A stretch of DNA of 64,000 nt from an uncultured Gammaproteobacteria bacterium (GTDB taxonomy: Bacteria; Patescibacteriota; Patescibacteriia; Patescibacteriales; UBA12465). The stretch spans positions 209,997-273,996 of the forward strand of contig CAYYDR010000001.1 of the NCBI GenBank assembly GCA_964470695.1, read 5' to 3'. Positions within the stretch are counted from its first letter, which is position 1. The number at the start of each line of letters is the position of its first letter. Of the stretch, positions 55,803-63,184 are shown one piece after another. The position numbers and the translations under genes were made by a program. A model generated the notes under the pieces. The model searched no databases. It was not told where the DNA came from and saw nothing but the letters and a program-made list of their open reading frames with translations.

Positions 55803-56405
55803 TTAATTCTTGTTTATTTCGTTGCGATTTTTTAGAGCGCTGCCTAAAGTCAGTTCGTCAGCATATTCTAAATCAGAGCCCGCTGGCAGTCCTTTGGCCA
55901 GGCGGCTGATTTTAATATGGTCGCGCAGAAGCTTAGTCAGGTATAGGGAAGTAGTTTCCCCCTCTAAGGTAAAGTTGAGCGCCAAGATTATTTCCTTAAC
56001 CGAATCGGATTTTATTCTTTTAACTAAGCGGGCAATATTTAAATCATCAGGTTTAACGTCATTAATAGTATTAATGAGTCCACCCAGAACAAAGTAGTGG
56101 CCGTTATATTGCCGGGTGGATTCAATAGCAGCTAAGTCTTGGCTATTTTCAACTACGCAAAGAATTTCTTTATCTCTTTTTTCATCAGAACAAAGAGAAC
56201 AGGGGTTGTTTTCGGAAATAGTTAAACAAGTTTGGCAAGTGGTGGTTTTATCCTTCAATTCGCTAATCGCGTTAGACAGCCCTTGGAGTTTTTCTTGGCT
56301 CTGTCTTAATAAATAAAAAGCGTAGCGTTCCGCTGTTTTCGGCCCGACGCTAGGTAATTCAGACAGCCTAGTAATTAAGTTTTGGATAGCGGCTGGGTAT
56401 TTCAT
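55803..56405 (-). CDS. recR: recombination protein RecR
   Basis: LPSVGPKTAERYAF, C4 zinc finger CQTC...CSLC, and a Toprim region. Confidence 0.95.
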   Translation of the reverse strand: MKYPAAIQNLITRLSELPSVGPKTAERYAFYLLRQSQEKLQGLSNAISELKDKTTTCQTCLTISENNPCSLCSDEKRDKEILCVVENSQDLAAIESTRQYNGHYFVLGGLINTINDVKPDDLNIARLVKRIKSDSVKEIILALNFTLEGETTSLYLTKLLRDHIKISRLAKGLPAGSDLEYADELTLGSALKNRNEINKN

Positions 56406-56680
56406 TAGTTCATGCCCGGCAGGCCGCCCATGTCCTGTAATTTTTTAGCCATTAATCTTTGGGCGCGTTTTAGGGCTTCATTAAAACAAGTTTTTAAGGT
56501 TTCTTCTTGGGAGTTTTTATTTAAAGTATCGCTGAGTTTAAGTTCAATTATTTCCATGTTGCCGTTTAAGACAAGTTTAACGCCATTTCTTTCTTCCGTC
56601 ACAGTTTCCTGGGCTAAAGCGCTTTGCATTACTTTCGCCTGGTCGCGTAGATCTTTAAATTGTTTAAGTTTGCTGAACAT
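56405..56680 (-). CDS. ybaB: YbaB/EbfC nucleoid-associated protein
   Basis: 91 aa, QAKVMQSAL...GNMEIIELKL...KKLQDMGGLPG. Overlaps the recR start by 1 nt. Confidence 0.85.
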   Translation of the reverse strand: MFSKLKQFKDLRDQAKVMQSALAQETVTEERNGVKLVLNGNMEIIELKLSDTLNKNSQEETLKTCFNEALKRAQRLMAKKLQDMGGLPGMN

Positions 56681-56729
56681 AATTATTTTAGCTTATTTGT
56701 TAGTTAGTTTAGATAAAAATTTCTCGTGA

Positions 56730-58130
56730 TTAAAATTCCACGGGAGCTGATTCGCCGGAACGCTTGCTAATACTCTTAAAGCTTACCGTATTTTCGTCAA
56801 AAAATAAATCTACTTTTCCGGTCGGGCCGTTTCTATGTTTGGCAATATGGATTTCGGCGAGATGTCTTTCATCCATAGGCAGATCATTGGGATTATAACC
56901 GCGGTCGGCGGCCTTACGGTAAATAAACATAACGATATCAGCGTCCTGTTCAATAGATCCGGAGTCGCGTAAATGGGAGAGCTTAGGAATAGCTGGGTGA
57001 GTTAATTCAACGGCGCGGGACAACTGGGCTAAAGCTAAGATTGGAATATTGAGTTCACGGGCGATTGATTTTAGGCCGCGGCTGATTTCCGCAATTTCTT
57101 GAACGCGGTTATCGCCGTATTTGCCTCGGCCCTCCATTAACTGCAAATAGTCAATAACAATTAAGCCTAAGCCTTTTTCCATTTGTAAACGTCTGGCCTT
57201 GGCGCGGATTTCCATAATAGAAAGCGTCCCAGAGTCATCAATATAAATAGGCGCTTCGGCGAGCTTTCCCATCGCTTCGCCGATGCGGGCAAAATCATTA
57301 TCCTCCTCTTTATCGGATAAATTACCGGTGCGCATTTTCCATAAGCTGACATTAGCCTGAGAGCATAACATACGATCAACCAGCTGTTCCTTGCTCATTT
57401 CCAGAGAGAAAATACCAACCCCCTCTTTGCTCTTAATAGCCGCTTGCCTGGCGATATCAAGCGCGAAGGAAGTTTTTCCGACCGAAGGACGAGCGGCTAA
57501 AATAATTAAGTCGGATTTTTGCAGACCGGCGAGCAGGTTATCCAGGTCAGGGAAGCCGGTTGATAGGCCGCGGAGTTTGCCGCTATATTTGTGGAGGTCA
57601 TCAATGCGATCAAAAGCAGCGGTTAAAAGATTATCAATCGGCAAGAAAGCATTTTTTAAATATTTACGGGAAACGCCAAAAACTTTTTTTTCGGTTTCGT
57701 CCAAGATTTCATCAATCTCCCGGCCCTCGTCAAAACTCATAGTTGAGATTTCCGCGGCTGCCTGTTGTAAGCGGCGGAGAGTCGCCTTGCGCTGGATGAT
57801 ATTGGCATAATTAACAACATTACCGGAAGTAGCGACCGTATTGGATAGTTGGGCTAAATAAGAGCGGCCGCCTACTGTTGCTAATTGCTTTTTTTCTTCT
57901 AGGCGATTGGCTAGAGTAATAATATCAATCGGCTCTTGATTGCCGTAAAGTTCTTTAATTATTTCGTATATTATTTTATGGCTATCTTTATAAAAGTCCT
58001 GCGGCATGACCGTATCCGCTACTTTAATAATCGCGTCCTTATCAATTAAAAGAGAGCCTAGCAGGGACTCCTCAGCCTCTAGACTGTGGGGCGGAACTTT
58101 GGCGATTAGGTTCTGGTCGTTATTAACCAT
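56730..58130 (-). CDS. dnaB: replicative DNA helicase DnaB
   Basis: PPHSLEAEESLLGSLL, Walker A ARPSVGKTSF, VIDYLQLM, and others. Confidence 0.95.
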   Translation of the reverse strand: MVNNDQNLIAKVPPHSLEAEESLLGSLLIDKDAIIKVADTVMPQDFYKDSHKIIYEIIKELYGNQEPIDIITLANRLEEKKQLATVGGRSYLAQLSNTVATSGNVVNYANIIQRKATLRRLQQAAAEISTMSFDEGREIDEILDETEKKVFGVSRKYLKNAFLPIDNLLTAAFDRIDDLHKYSGKLRGLSTGFPDLDNLLAGLQKSDLIILAARPSVGKTSFALDIARQAAIKSKEGVGIFSLEMSKEQLVDRMLCSQANVSLWKMRTGNLSDKEEDNDFARIGEAMGKLAEAPIYIDDSGTLSIMEIRAKARRLQMEKGLGLIVIDYLQLMEGRGKYGDNRVQEIAEISRGLKSIARELNIPILALAQLSRAVELTHPAIPKLSHLRDSGSIEQDADIVMFIYRKAADRGYNPNDLPMDERHLAEIHIAKHRNGPTGKVDLFFDENTVSFKSISKRSGESAPVEF

Positions 58131-58164
58131 ATATTTCTATTTATGAGATCTTTATCGTTTTATT

Positions 58165-58193
58165 ATCTTAACTTAAGAAAGCTTATTTTTCAA
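58165..58193 (-). promoter_or_regulatory. possible dnaB promoter (TTGAAA-17-TAAGAT on the minus strand)
   Basis: -35 complement at 58188-58193, -10 complement at 58165-58170. Confidence 0.35.
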
Positions 58194-58242
58194 GCGTTAT
58201 TTACCCGCAGTTTTTGCTCAGTTTGTACACACTAATAGCAAC

Positions 58243-58267
58243 AAAAAAAGCCGCTTAAGCGGCTTTT
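58243..58267 (-). terminator. intrinsic terminator of the tRNA pair
   Basis: GCCGC-ttaa-GCGGC, with a 7-nt T-run on the minus strand. Confidence 0.7.
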
Positions 58268-58288
58268 AGATTGTCAATAAGGATAGTG

Positions 58289-58361
58289 AGCCGACTGTCG
58301 GGTTCGGACCGACGACCTGCTGTTTACAAGACAGCTGCTCTACCAGCTGAGCTAAGTCGGC
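58289..58361 (-). tRNA. tRNA-Thr (anticodon UGU), no encoded CCA
   Basis: Hand-folded cloverleaf: acceptor GCCGACT/AGTCGGC, D arm GCTC-AGCTGGTA-GAGC, anticodon loop CTTGTAA, T arm GTCGG-TCCGAAC-CCGAC. Confidence 0.85.
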
Positions 58362-58394
58362 AAATGGCCGCCAAGTAGCGGCCATGTCTTTGTG

Positions 58395-58467
58395 TGCGCC
58401 CAGCTGGATTCGAACCAGCGACCATCAGCTTAAAAGGCTGTTGCTCTACCAACTGAGCTATAGGCGC
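58395..58467 (-). tRNA. tRNA-Lys (anticodon UUU), no encoded CCA
   Basis: Hand-folded: acceptor GCGCCTA/TGGGCGC (one G-U pair), D arm GCTC-AGTTGGTA-GAGC, anticodon loop CTTTTAA, T arm GCTGG-TTCGAAT-CCAGC. Confidence 0.85.
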
Positions 58468-58512
58468 TCCTAATAAAAATGGCTTTAGTAGGCCAATTTT
58501 ATTACAAAATTG

Positions 58513-58541
58513 ATAATAACAAAAGATTTTGATTTTGACAA
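58513..58541 (-). promoter_or_regulatory. possible promoter of the tRNA pair (TTGTCA-17-TATTAT on the minus strand)
   Basis: -35 complement at 58536-58541, -10 complement at 58513-58518, about 40 nt upstream of the tRNA-Lys 5' end. Confidence 0.45.
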
Positions 58542-58565
58542 GCCTTTTCCTCTTAATAGCTAATA

Positions 58566-58594
58566 TTGATAATTGGGGCGGGATTTGTTAGAAT
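58566..58594 (+). promoter_or_regulatory. sigma70-like promoter (TTGATA-17-TAGAAT, with TGT just upstream of the -10)
   Basis: TTGATA at 58566-58571, TAGAAT at 58589-58594. It overlaps the track's 5' extension of the next ORF. Confidence 0.55.
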
Positions 58595-58646
58595 CAAAAT
58601 AAGTTCACTAATTTTTAAATTCTGTTCTTTGAAAGGAGGAATAATC

Positions 58647-58952
58647 ATGGAACTGCAGATTAGAGTTAAATCTCCGCCCGGGAAGGCTAGCCTTGACCAT
58701 CCCCAAGAGGTTTTAGAGGCTTTAATCGGCCAAGAGTTTGTCGTCGCGACTAACTCAGAGCTGATTAAATGTGATCGTAAAGACTTGTTGGACTCGGGCT
58801 TTGCGGTCAACATTAACCAAGTAGCGCTTCTGTTTGAAAGGTTAGGGAAAACATCCCTAGCTAATTACTGGAGACAATATTTGGTTAAGCACCCGTCGTC
58901 AATATTTCTTCTATTTTATGATGCTGGCGATGAAGTAGAATTAATTTATTAA
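58647..58952 (+). CDS. hypothetical protein (101 aa)
   Basis: SD GAAAGGAGG 6-7 nt before ATG 58647; the track start at 58566 lies inside the promoter. No recognisable motif. Confidence 0.55.
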   Translation: MELQIRVKSPPGKASLDHPQEVLEALIGQEFVVATNSELIKCDRKDLLDSGFAVNINQVALLFERLGKTSLANYWRQYLVKHPSSIFLLFYDAGDEVELIY

Positions 58953-58989
58953 TTAATAAGGCACAGAACCATGGAAATATTTTGTTTAT

Positions 58990-59036
58990 AAGCTCGCTGC
59001 ATATCTTTACTGATATATTCAAGCGAGCTTTTTTAT
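58990..59036 (+). terminator. intrinsic terminator (two-part stem)
   Basis: Outer stem AAGCTCGCT/AGCGAGCTT, inner stem ATATC/GATAT, then TTTTTT. Confidence 0.6.
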
Positions 59037-59138
59037 TTTAGGGGTTTAGCTGGTTTTATAGTTGAGCTAATTTTGTCTATTTTTTAGCCTGGTGTTATAC
59101 TTATAATAAGCTAATTGCTATTAGCTAATCATAATAAT

Positions 59139-59831
59139 ATGGCTGACCAAAAAATTATTGAATATATAAAAACTTCTTTATCGCAAGGAAAAACTCAGGA
59201 GGATTTGTATAAGGAGCTGATGGCGCAGGGGCTGACAGTTGACGCTATCCAGGAAAATTTTTATTTTTTAAAAGAAGAGCACGATAAGGAAGGACAATCC
59301 AAAAAAACCATCAGGATAATTTTAGTGATAGGAGCTATTCTAATCGGGGCGGGCATTTTTTCGTTTCTAGCGGCTAACTGGCGCGGCATGTCTAATACTT
59401 TAAAGCTGATTATTATTATTACTTTAATGCTTGTCGCTTATGCCGCGGGCTGGCAAGTAAAAGAAAAATATAAATTAGTTAAAACCGGACAGGCTCTTAT
59501 TTTTTTAGGAGCCATAATTTATGGGGCGGGCATATTTTTAGTCGCCCAGATGTTTAATATCCGAGCCAATTGGCCGGATGGTTTTATTTTATGGATGTTA
59601 GGAGCCTTAGCCATGGCTTTTGTTTCGGAATCTTATAGTTTATTTTACTTAGCGCTATTAGCTGGCGTGGTCGCTATTATCGGGCATCCCGTGCTTATTT
59701 TTAATTCTTTCCGGATGAACAGTTTTTTCTTGACTTCATCAATTTTGCTTATTATCGCGACTATTATAACTTTTGTTACTGGCTTAATGATTAGAAAAAA
59801 AATAAAGCCAGGTCTTAAGGAATTCTACTAA
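59139..59831 (+). CDS. DUF2157-like membrane protein
   Basis: Soluble N-terminus of about 60 aa, then TM segments including FSFLAANWRGMS, typical of DUF2157 as I recall it. First gene of a trio that ends with a GDYXXLXY protein. Confidence 0.6.
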   Translation: MADQKIIEYIKTSLSQGKTQEDLYKELMAQGLTVDAIQENFYFLKEEHDKEGQSKKTIRIILVIGAILIGAGIFSFLAANWRGMSNTLKLIIIITLMLVAYAAGWQVKEKYKLVKTGQALIFLGAIIYGAGIFLVAQMFNIRANWPDGFILWMLGALAMAFVSESYSLFYLALLAGVVAIIGHPVLIFNSFRMNSFFLTSSILLIIATIITFVTGLMIRKKIKPGLKEFY

Positions 59832-59832
59832 T

Positions 59833-60933
59833 ATGGATATATTTTTTGATATTCTCGGTTTTATTTTTTGGCCCATCATAATTATTAGTCTAATTGTCTT
59901 CTTCGTTAAGCGTAGGCATAAGCAGATGAACCCTTATGCCAAGAGCGACCCGAAGCAGTTGTCTTTTTCGGCTGAAGATATATTGAGTCAGCTATTTATT
60001 CTCTTGGCTCTCTTTTTTCTTTGGGTAACGGCCCTTTCTCTTAGCCGGAACTTCGGTAATCTTTTATCCTGGCAGACCATCTTTTTTATAGTAGCTTTTT
60101 TAGGTTTAGTCTTAGCCTATTATTTAAAAATGCTTTTGCTTCTGCCTCTAAGTCTGATTGGCTTAACGATCTGGTGGACCGTCCAAGCTGTTTTATGGCA
60201 GGTCGCGGAATGGTCTAAGGTCAGCGATGAAAGCGCTTCGGCTATTTTTGTGGGGCTGTCTCTAATCGCGCTGCTTTTTTACGGCCTCGGCCGCCTTCAT
60301 GAAAAAGAACGAAAGTACCAGAGATTTTCTTTAGTCTATATAGTTATTGGCTTAGTCTCAATTACCGTTACTTTATTTATACTGTCTACTAAACCAGGGA
60401 TTAGTTTCTTGGGAGAAATGACTCGTGGCGGATCTTTATTTGGCTCTATGGAGGTGGCTATGTCGCTGCTAGTTTTCCTAACTGCCTTAGCCGCTACTCT
60501 CATATACGGCGCTTTCAAGAGGTTATTATCCTCTTATGAGATTATTGCTCTTATAATGTTAGCCGGCCTATTTAGCGTAATTGCCATTCTCCCCGAACAA
60601 GCCATGTTTATTCAGACCAATAGCTATTATTATGGCAGCCGAGAATTATCAGCGACTGGCATGCTCTGGGCTTTAGTTTTGAACTTAATTTTATTTTTTG
60701 AACTATTAGGGATTATTCTTTTAGGTTATTTCCGGCGCGAGAGCTGGATGATTAATTTAGGGGTTGTGTTCCTATCCTTATTTATTATTGTAAAATATTT
60801 TGATTGGTTTTTTACCTTCCTTGATAAGAGCTTGTTCTTTATTACTGCCGGCATCTTATTCTTTTTAGTCGGTTGGTTTATGGAAAAGGGGAGAAAATAT
60901 ATGATTGCTAATATTAAAATAAAGCAGTCCTAA
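59833..60933 (+). CDS. polytopic membrane protein (in the DUF4401-like position of the trio)
   Basis: About 10 TM segments. Starts 2 nt after the previous stop. Confidence 0.6.
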   Translation: MDIFFDILGFIFWPIIIISLIVFFVKRRHKQMNPYAKSDPKQLSFSAEDILSQLFILLALFFLWVTALSLSRNFGNLLSWQTIFFIVAFLGLVLAYYLKMLLLLPLSLIGLTIWWTVQAVLWQVAEWSKVSDESASAIFVGLSLIALLFYGLGRLHEKERKYQRFSLVYIVIGLVSITVTLFILSTKPGISFLGEMTRGGSLFGSMEVAMSLLVFLTALAATLIYGAFKRLLSSYEIIALIMLAGLFSVIAILPEQAMFIQTNSYYYGSRELSATGMLWALVLNLILFFELLGIILLGYFRRESWMINLGVVFLSLFIIVKYFDWFFTFLDKSLFFITAGILFFLVGWFMEKGRKYMIANIKIKQS

Positions 60934-60945
60934 ATATTCAAAAGT

Positions 60946-61500
60946 ATGTCTGATAAACAGATTAAATTTTGGCTAGCGGTTGCCTCGCAGGTATTAGTAA
61001 TATTAATTATTGTCGTTTTTAAAGTATCTATCTTATCTGAAGGCAATGATGTTTTATTGCGGATTGTCCCGGTTGATCCTAGGGATTGGCTAAGGGGCGA
61101 TTATGTTACTTTTAGTTATGATATTTCTAGTCTCAGCTCCTATTACGCGAACAGACAGAATCTTGCTAATGGCGATACGATTTATGTCGTTTTGAGACAA
61201 GGCAATAAATATGCCACTGTTTCTAGGGTTCAGAAAGAGAAGCCGTCGGAAAAAGAAATATTTATTAAAGGAAAAATAGCCAGCGGCGGGGTGTCGCCCA
61301 GTAACGATGATTTAATGGATGAGGAGTTTAATAATAGGCAACTTAGAGTTATTTATGGCATTGAGCAATATTTTATTCCTGAGGGTAGCGGGCAGAATTT
61401 TAACTTTCCTGATAAAACAGCCGCCGCTCAGGTGTTTCTGGATAGTAATGGCAATGCGGTTCTGAAGCGTATTTATATTGATGATAAGCCTTGGCCCTAA
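60946..61500 (+). CDS. GDYXXLXY-domain protein
   Basis: N-terminal TM segment, then VDPRDWLRGDYVTFSYDI, matching the family-defining GDYxxLxY motif. Confidence 0.8.
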   Translation: MSDKQIKFWLAVASQVLVILIIVVFKVSILSEGNDVLLRIVPVDPRDWLRGDYVTFSYDISSLSSYYANRQNLANGDTIYVVLRQGNKYATVSRVQKEKPSEKEIFIKGKIASGGVSPSNDDLMDEEFNNRQLRVIYGIEQYFIPEGSGQNFNFPDKTAAAQVFLDSNGNAVLKRIYIDDKPWP

Positions 61501-61568
61501 AGGGAAATTAGTTTTTATTTTTTAGAGATTTAAAAAAGAGCCTATTTTATTGGTTCTTTTTGTTATTA

Positions 61569-61597
61569 TTGACAAATATATAAAAATATATTACTAT
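61569..61597 (+). promoter_or_regulatory. sigma70 promoter (TTGACA-17-TACTAT)
   Basis: TTGACA at 61569-61574, TACTAT at 61592-61597. Confidence 0.6.
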
Positions 61598-61671
61598 GTA
61601 TTGAAAACTAAAAGTTCATTTAAAAGGTTTATTTAACTAATAATATCGTTCACAAGAAAAGGAGATTGTCT

Positions 61672-62235
61672 ATGAAAAAGACAATTGCAGTATTAAGCGG
61701 CGCTAATATGCGCGAGAATAAAATGGGTTATGAGGTTGGTCGGCTGATATCAGGATATGGCTGTGCATTGCTTATTGATGGCGACGACAATTCAGGCTTA
61801 ATTTCCATAGCTAATGGCGTCAAGGAGACGGGCGGGCAGGTAATAGGGATATCCATATTAGGTCAGAGCGTTGGTTCTCATGTAACTGACGTTGTTGATT
61901 GCCAGTCGGGGTTACATTTTGGGGCTGAAATGCAGTTAGGCTTAAGAGATGGAAACTTATTGTCGGCAAACGGCTTTATAATGCCCTTTGATGCTAATGC
62001 TGATTCTATCGCAAAGTTGTTAGCAATCATAAACCTAAACAGGGAAATGCCTAAGTACAAAAAGCCGGTAGCTATACTCGCCTATGAAGATTCCGTTGCC
62101 TCTTGGACTAACTGGCTGGAGTCCATGTGCGATTTTATAGGGTATTCATATCGTGACTTAGGGTTTCTTAAGGTTACATCCATCCCAGCAGAAGCCGCAG
62201 AATGGGTTGTTGTTATGTCTTGTGTCGTATCTTAA
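61672..62235 (+). CDS. LOG/SLOG-superfamily-like Rossmann protein lacking the PGGxGTxxE motif
   Basis: SD AAGGAG at 61659-61664, 7 nt before the ATG. TIAVLSGAN...YEVGRLISGYGCALLIDGDDNSGLISIANGVKETGGQVIGISI is colinear with LOG/TIGR00725-type proteins. The catalytic-motif position reads GFIMPFDANADSIAKL. Confidence 0.5.
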   Translation: MKKTIAVLSGANMRENKMGYEVGRLISGYGCALLIDGDDNSGLISIANGVKETGGQVIGISILGQSVGSHVTDVVDCQSGLHFGAEMQLGLRDGNLLSANGFIMPFDANADSIAKLLAIINLNREMPKYKKPVAILAYEDSVASWTNWLESMCDFIGYSYRDLGFLKVTSIPAEAAEWVVVMSCVVS

Positions 62236-62277
62236 TCACGTTAAGCATCAAGATCCTGCCTTGTTGCCAAGTTTGAC

Positions 62278-62305
62278 AGCTAACCTCACCCCGGTTAGCT
62301 TTTTT
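62278..62305 (+). terminator. intrinsic terminator
   Basis: 8-bp stem AGCTAACC/GGTTAGCT, 7-nt loop, then TTTTTT. Confidence 0.75.
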
Positions 62306-62372
62306 ATACCCAATTTATAAAGATTATGTTATAATAGTAGCAAATTCAGAGGGCTAATTTATTAGAACTAAT

Positions 62373-63179
62373 ATGAAAAAAATAACTATTTTTGTTATTT
62401 TACTCATTATTTTAGGAGCTGTTTTTGGCTTCTTTTATTTTGAGAAAAATAATAAAGGAGCGGCCGTTGATCCATTCTTAGACAAAATTAAACAATCAGG
62501 GAAATTGGTTGTCGGAGTGGATTTTTCTTATGGGGTAATGGAATTTTTTGATGAAAATAAAAATCCTGTCGGCATTGACATTGATATTATTAAGGAAATC
62601 GCCCGCCGCTTAGGACTAGAAGTAGATATAAAATCATATAGCTGGGACGAGCTTTTAGCTGCTACTAAAAATGGCGAAATTGATTTGGCTATTTCTAGTA
62701 TTACTATTACTGCCCCCCGATCAAAAGAAATGCTTTTTAGCGCCCCCTATTTTAATGGCGGGCAGGTGGTTATTGTCAAAACTGATAATTCGGGGATTTC
62801 CCGGTTGGCTGATTTAACTAATAAAAAGATTGGCGCTCAAAAAGATACTACTAGTTATGATGAGGCTATAAAATTAACAGCTCAAGATTTAATTATTACC
62901 TATGCCTCTTGGGATAACTCGGATTTATCAGGAGGAATTATTTCTGATTTAAAAGAAGGGAAGACTGAAGCCGTTATCGTTGACTATATTCAGGCAATTA
63001 GTTCGGTAAAAGATAACCCCACTCTTAAAATAGTGGGCGAACCATTTACCCAAGAATACTATGGCTTGGCCTCTAAGCTAGACAATACGGCTCTGATTGA
63101 AGAAGTTAATACGATTTTGAGGGATCTGAAGCGGGAAGGGCTTTTAGAAAATATTAAAAATAAATGGATTAAGCTTTAG
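62373..63179 (+). CDS. family 3 solute-binding protein (polar amino-acid type), membrane-anchored
   Basis: N-terminal TM segment, then GKLVVGVDFSYGVMEF...GIDIDIIKEIARRLG...DLAISSITIT..R...FSAPYF. Confidence 0.85.
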   Translation: MKKITIFVILLIILGAVFGFFYFEKNNKGAAVDPFLDKIKQSGKLVVGVDFSYGVMEFFDENKNPVGIDIDIIKEIARRLGLEVDIKSYSWDELLAATKNGEIDLAISSITITAPRSKEMLFSAPYFNGGQVVIVKTDNSGISRLADLTNKKIGAQKDTTSYDEAIKLTAQDLIITYASWDNSDLSGGIISDLKEGKTEAVIVDYIQAISSVKDNPTLKIVGEPFTQEYYGLASKLDNTALIEEVNTILRDLKREGLLENIKNKWIKL

Positions 63180-63184
63180 GTTGT

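Noticed and set aside
58362-58394. Perfect 8-bp hairpin ATGGCCGC-caagta-GCGGCCAT between tRNA-Lys and tRNA-Thr, considered as a terminator
   Set aside because: No T-run follows on the transcribed (minus) strand, and a real terminator follows tRNA-Thr at 58243-58267. It is more likely a spacer or processing structure within a dicistronic tRNA precursor.
58468-62305. Genomic island integrated at the tRNA-Lys/tRNA-Thr locus
   Set aside because: The genes here are hypothetical and some look compositionally distinct. However, I found no integrase, no direct repeat of a tRNA 3' end, and no mobility genes. Also, the block lies upstream of the tRNA 5' ends, not at their 3' ends, which is where integration usually occurs.
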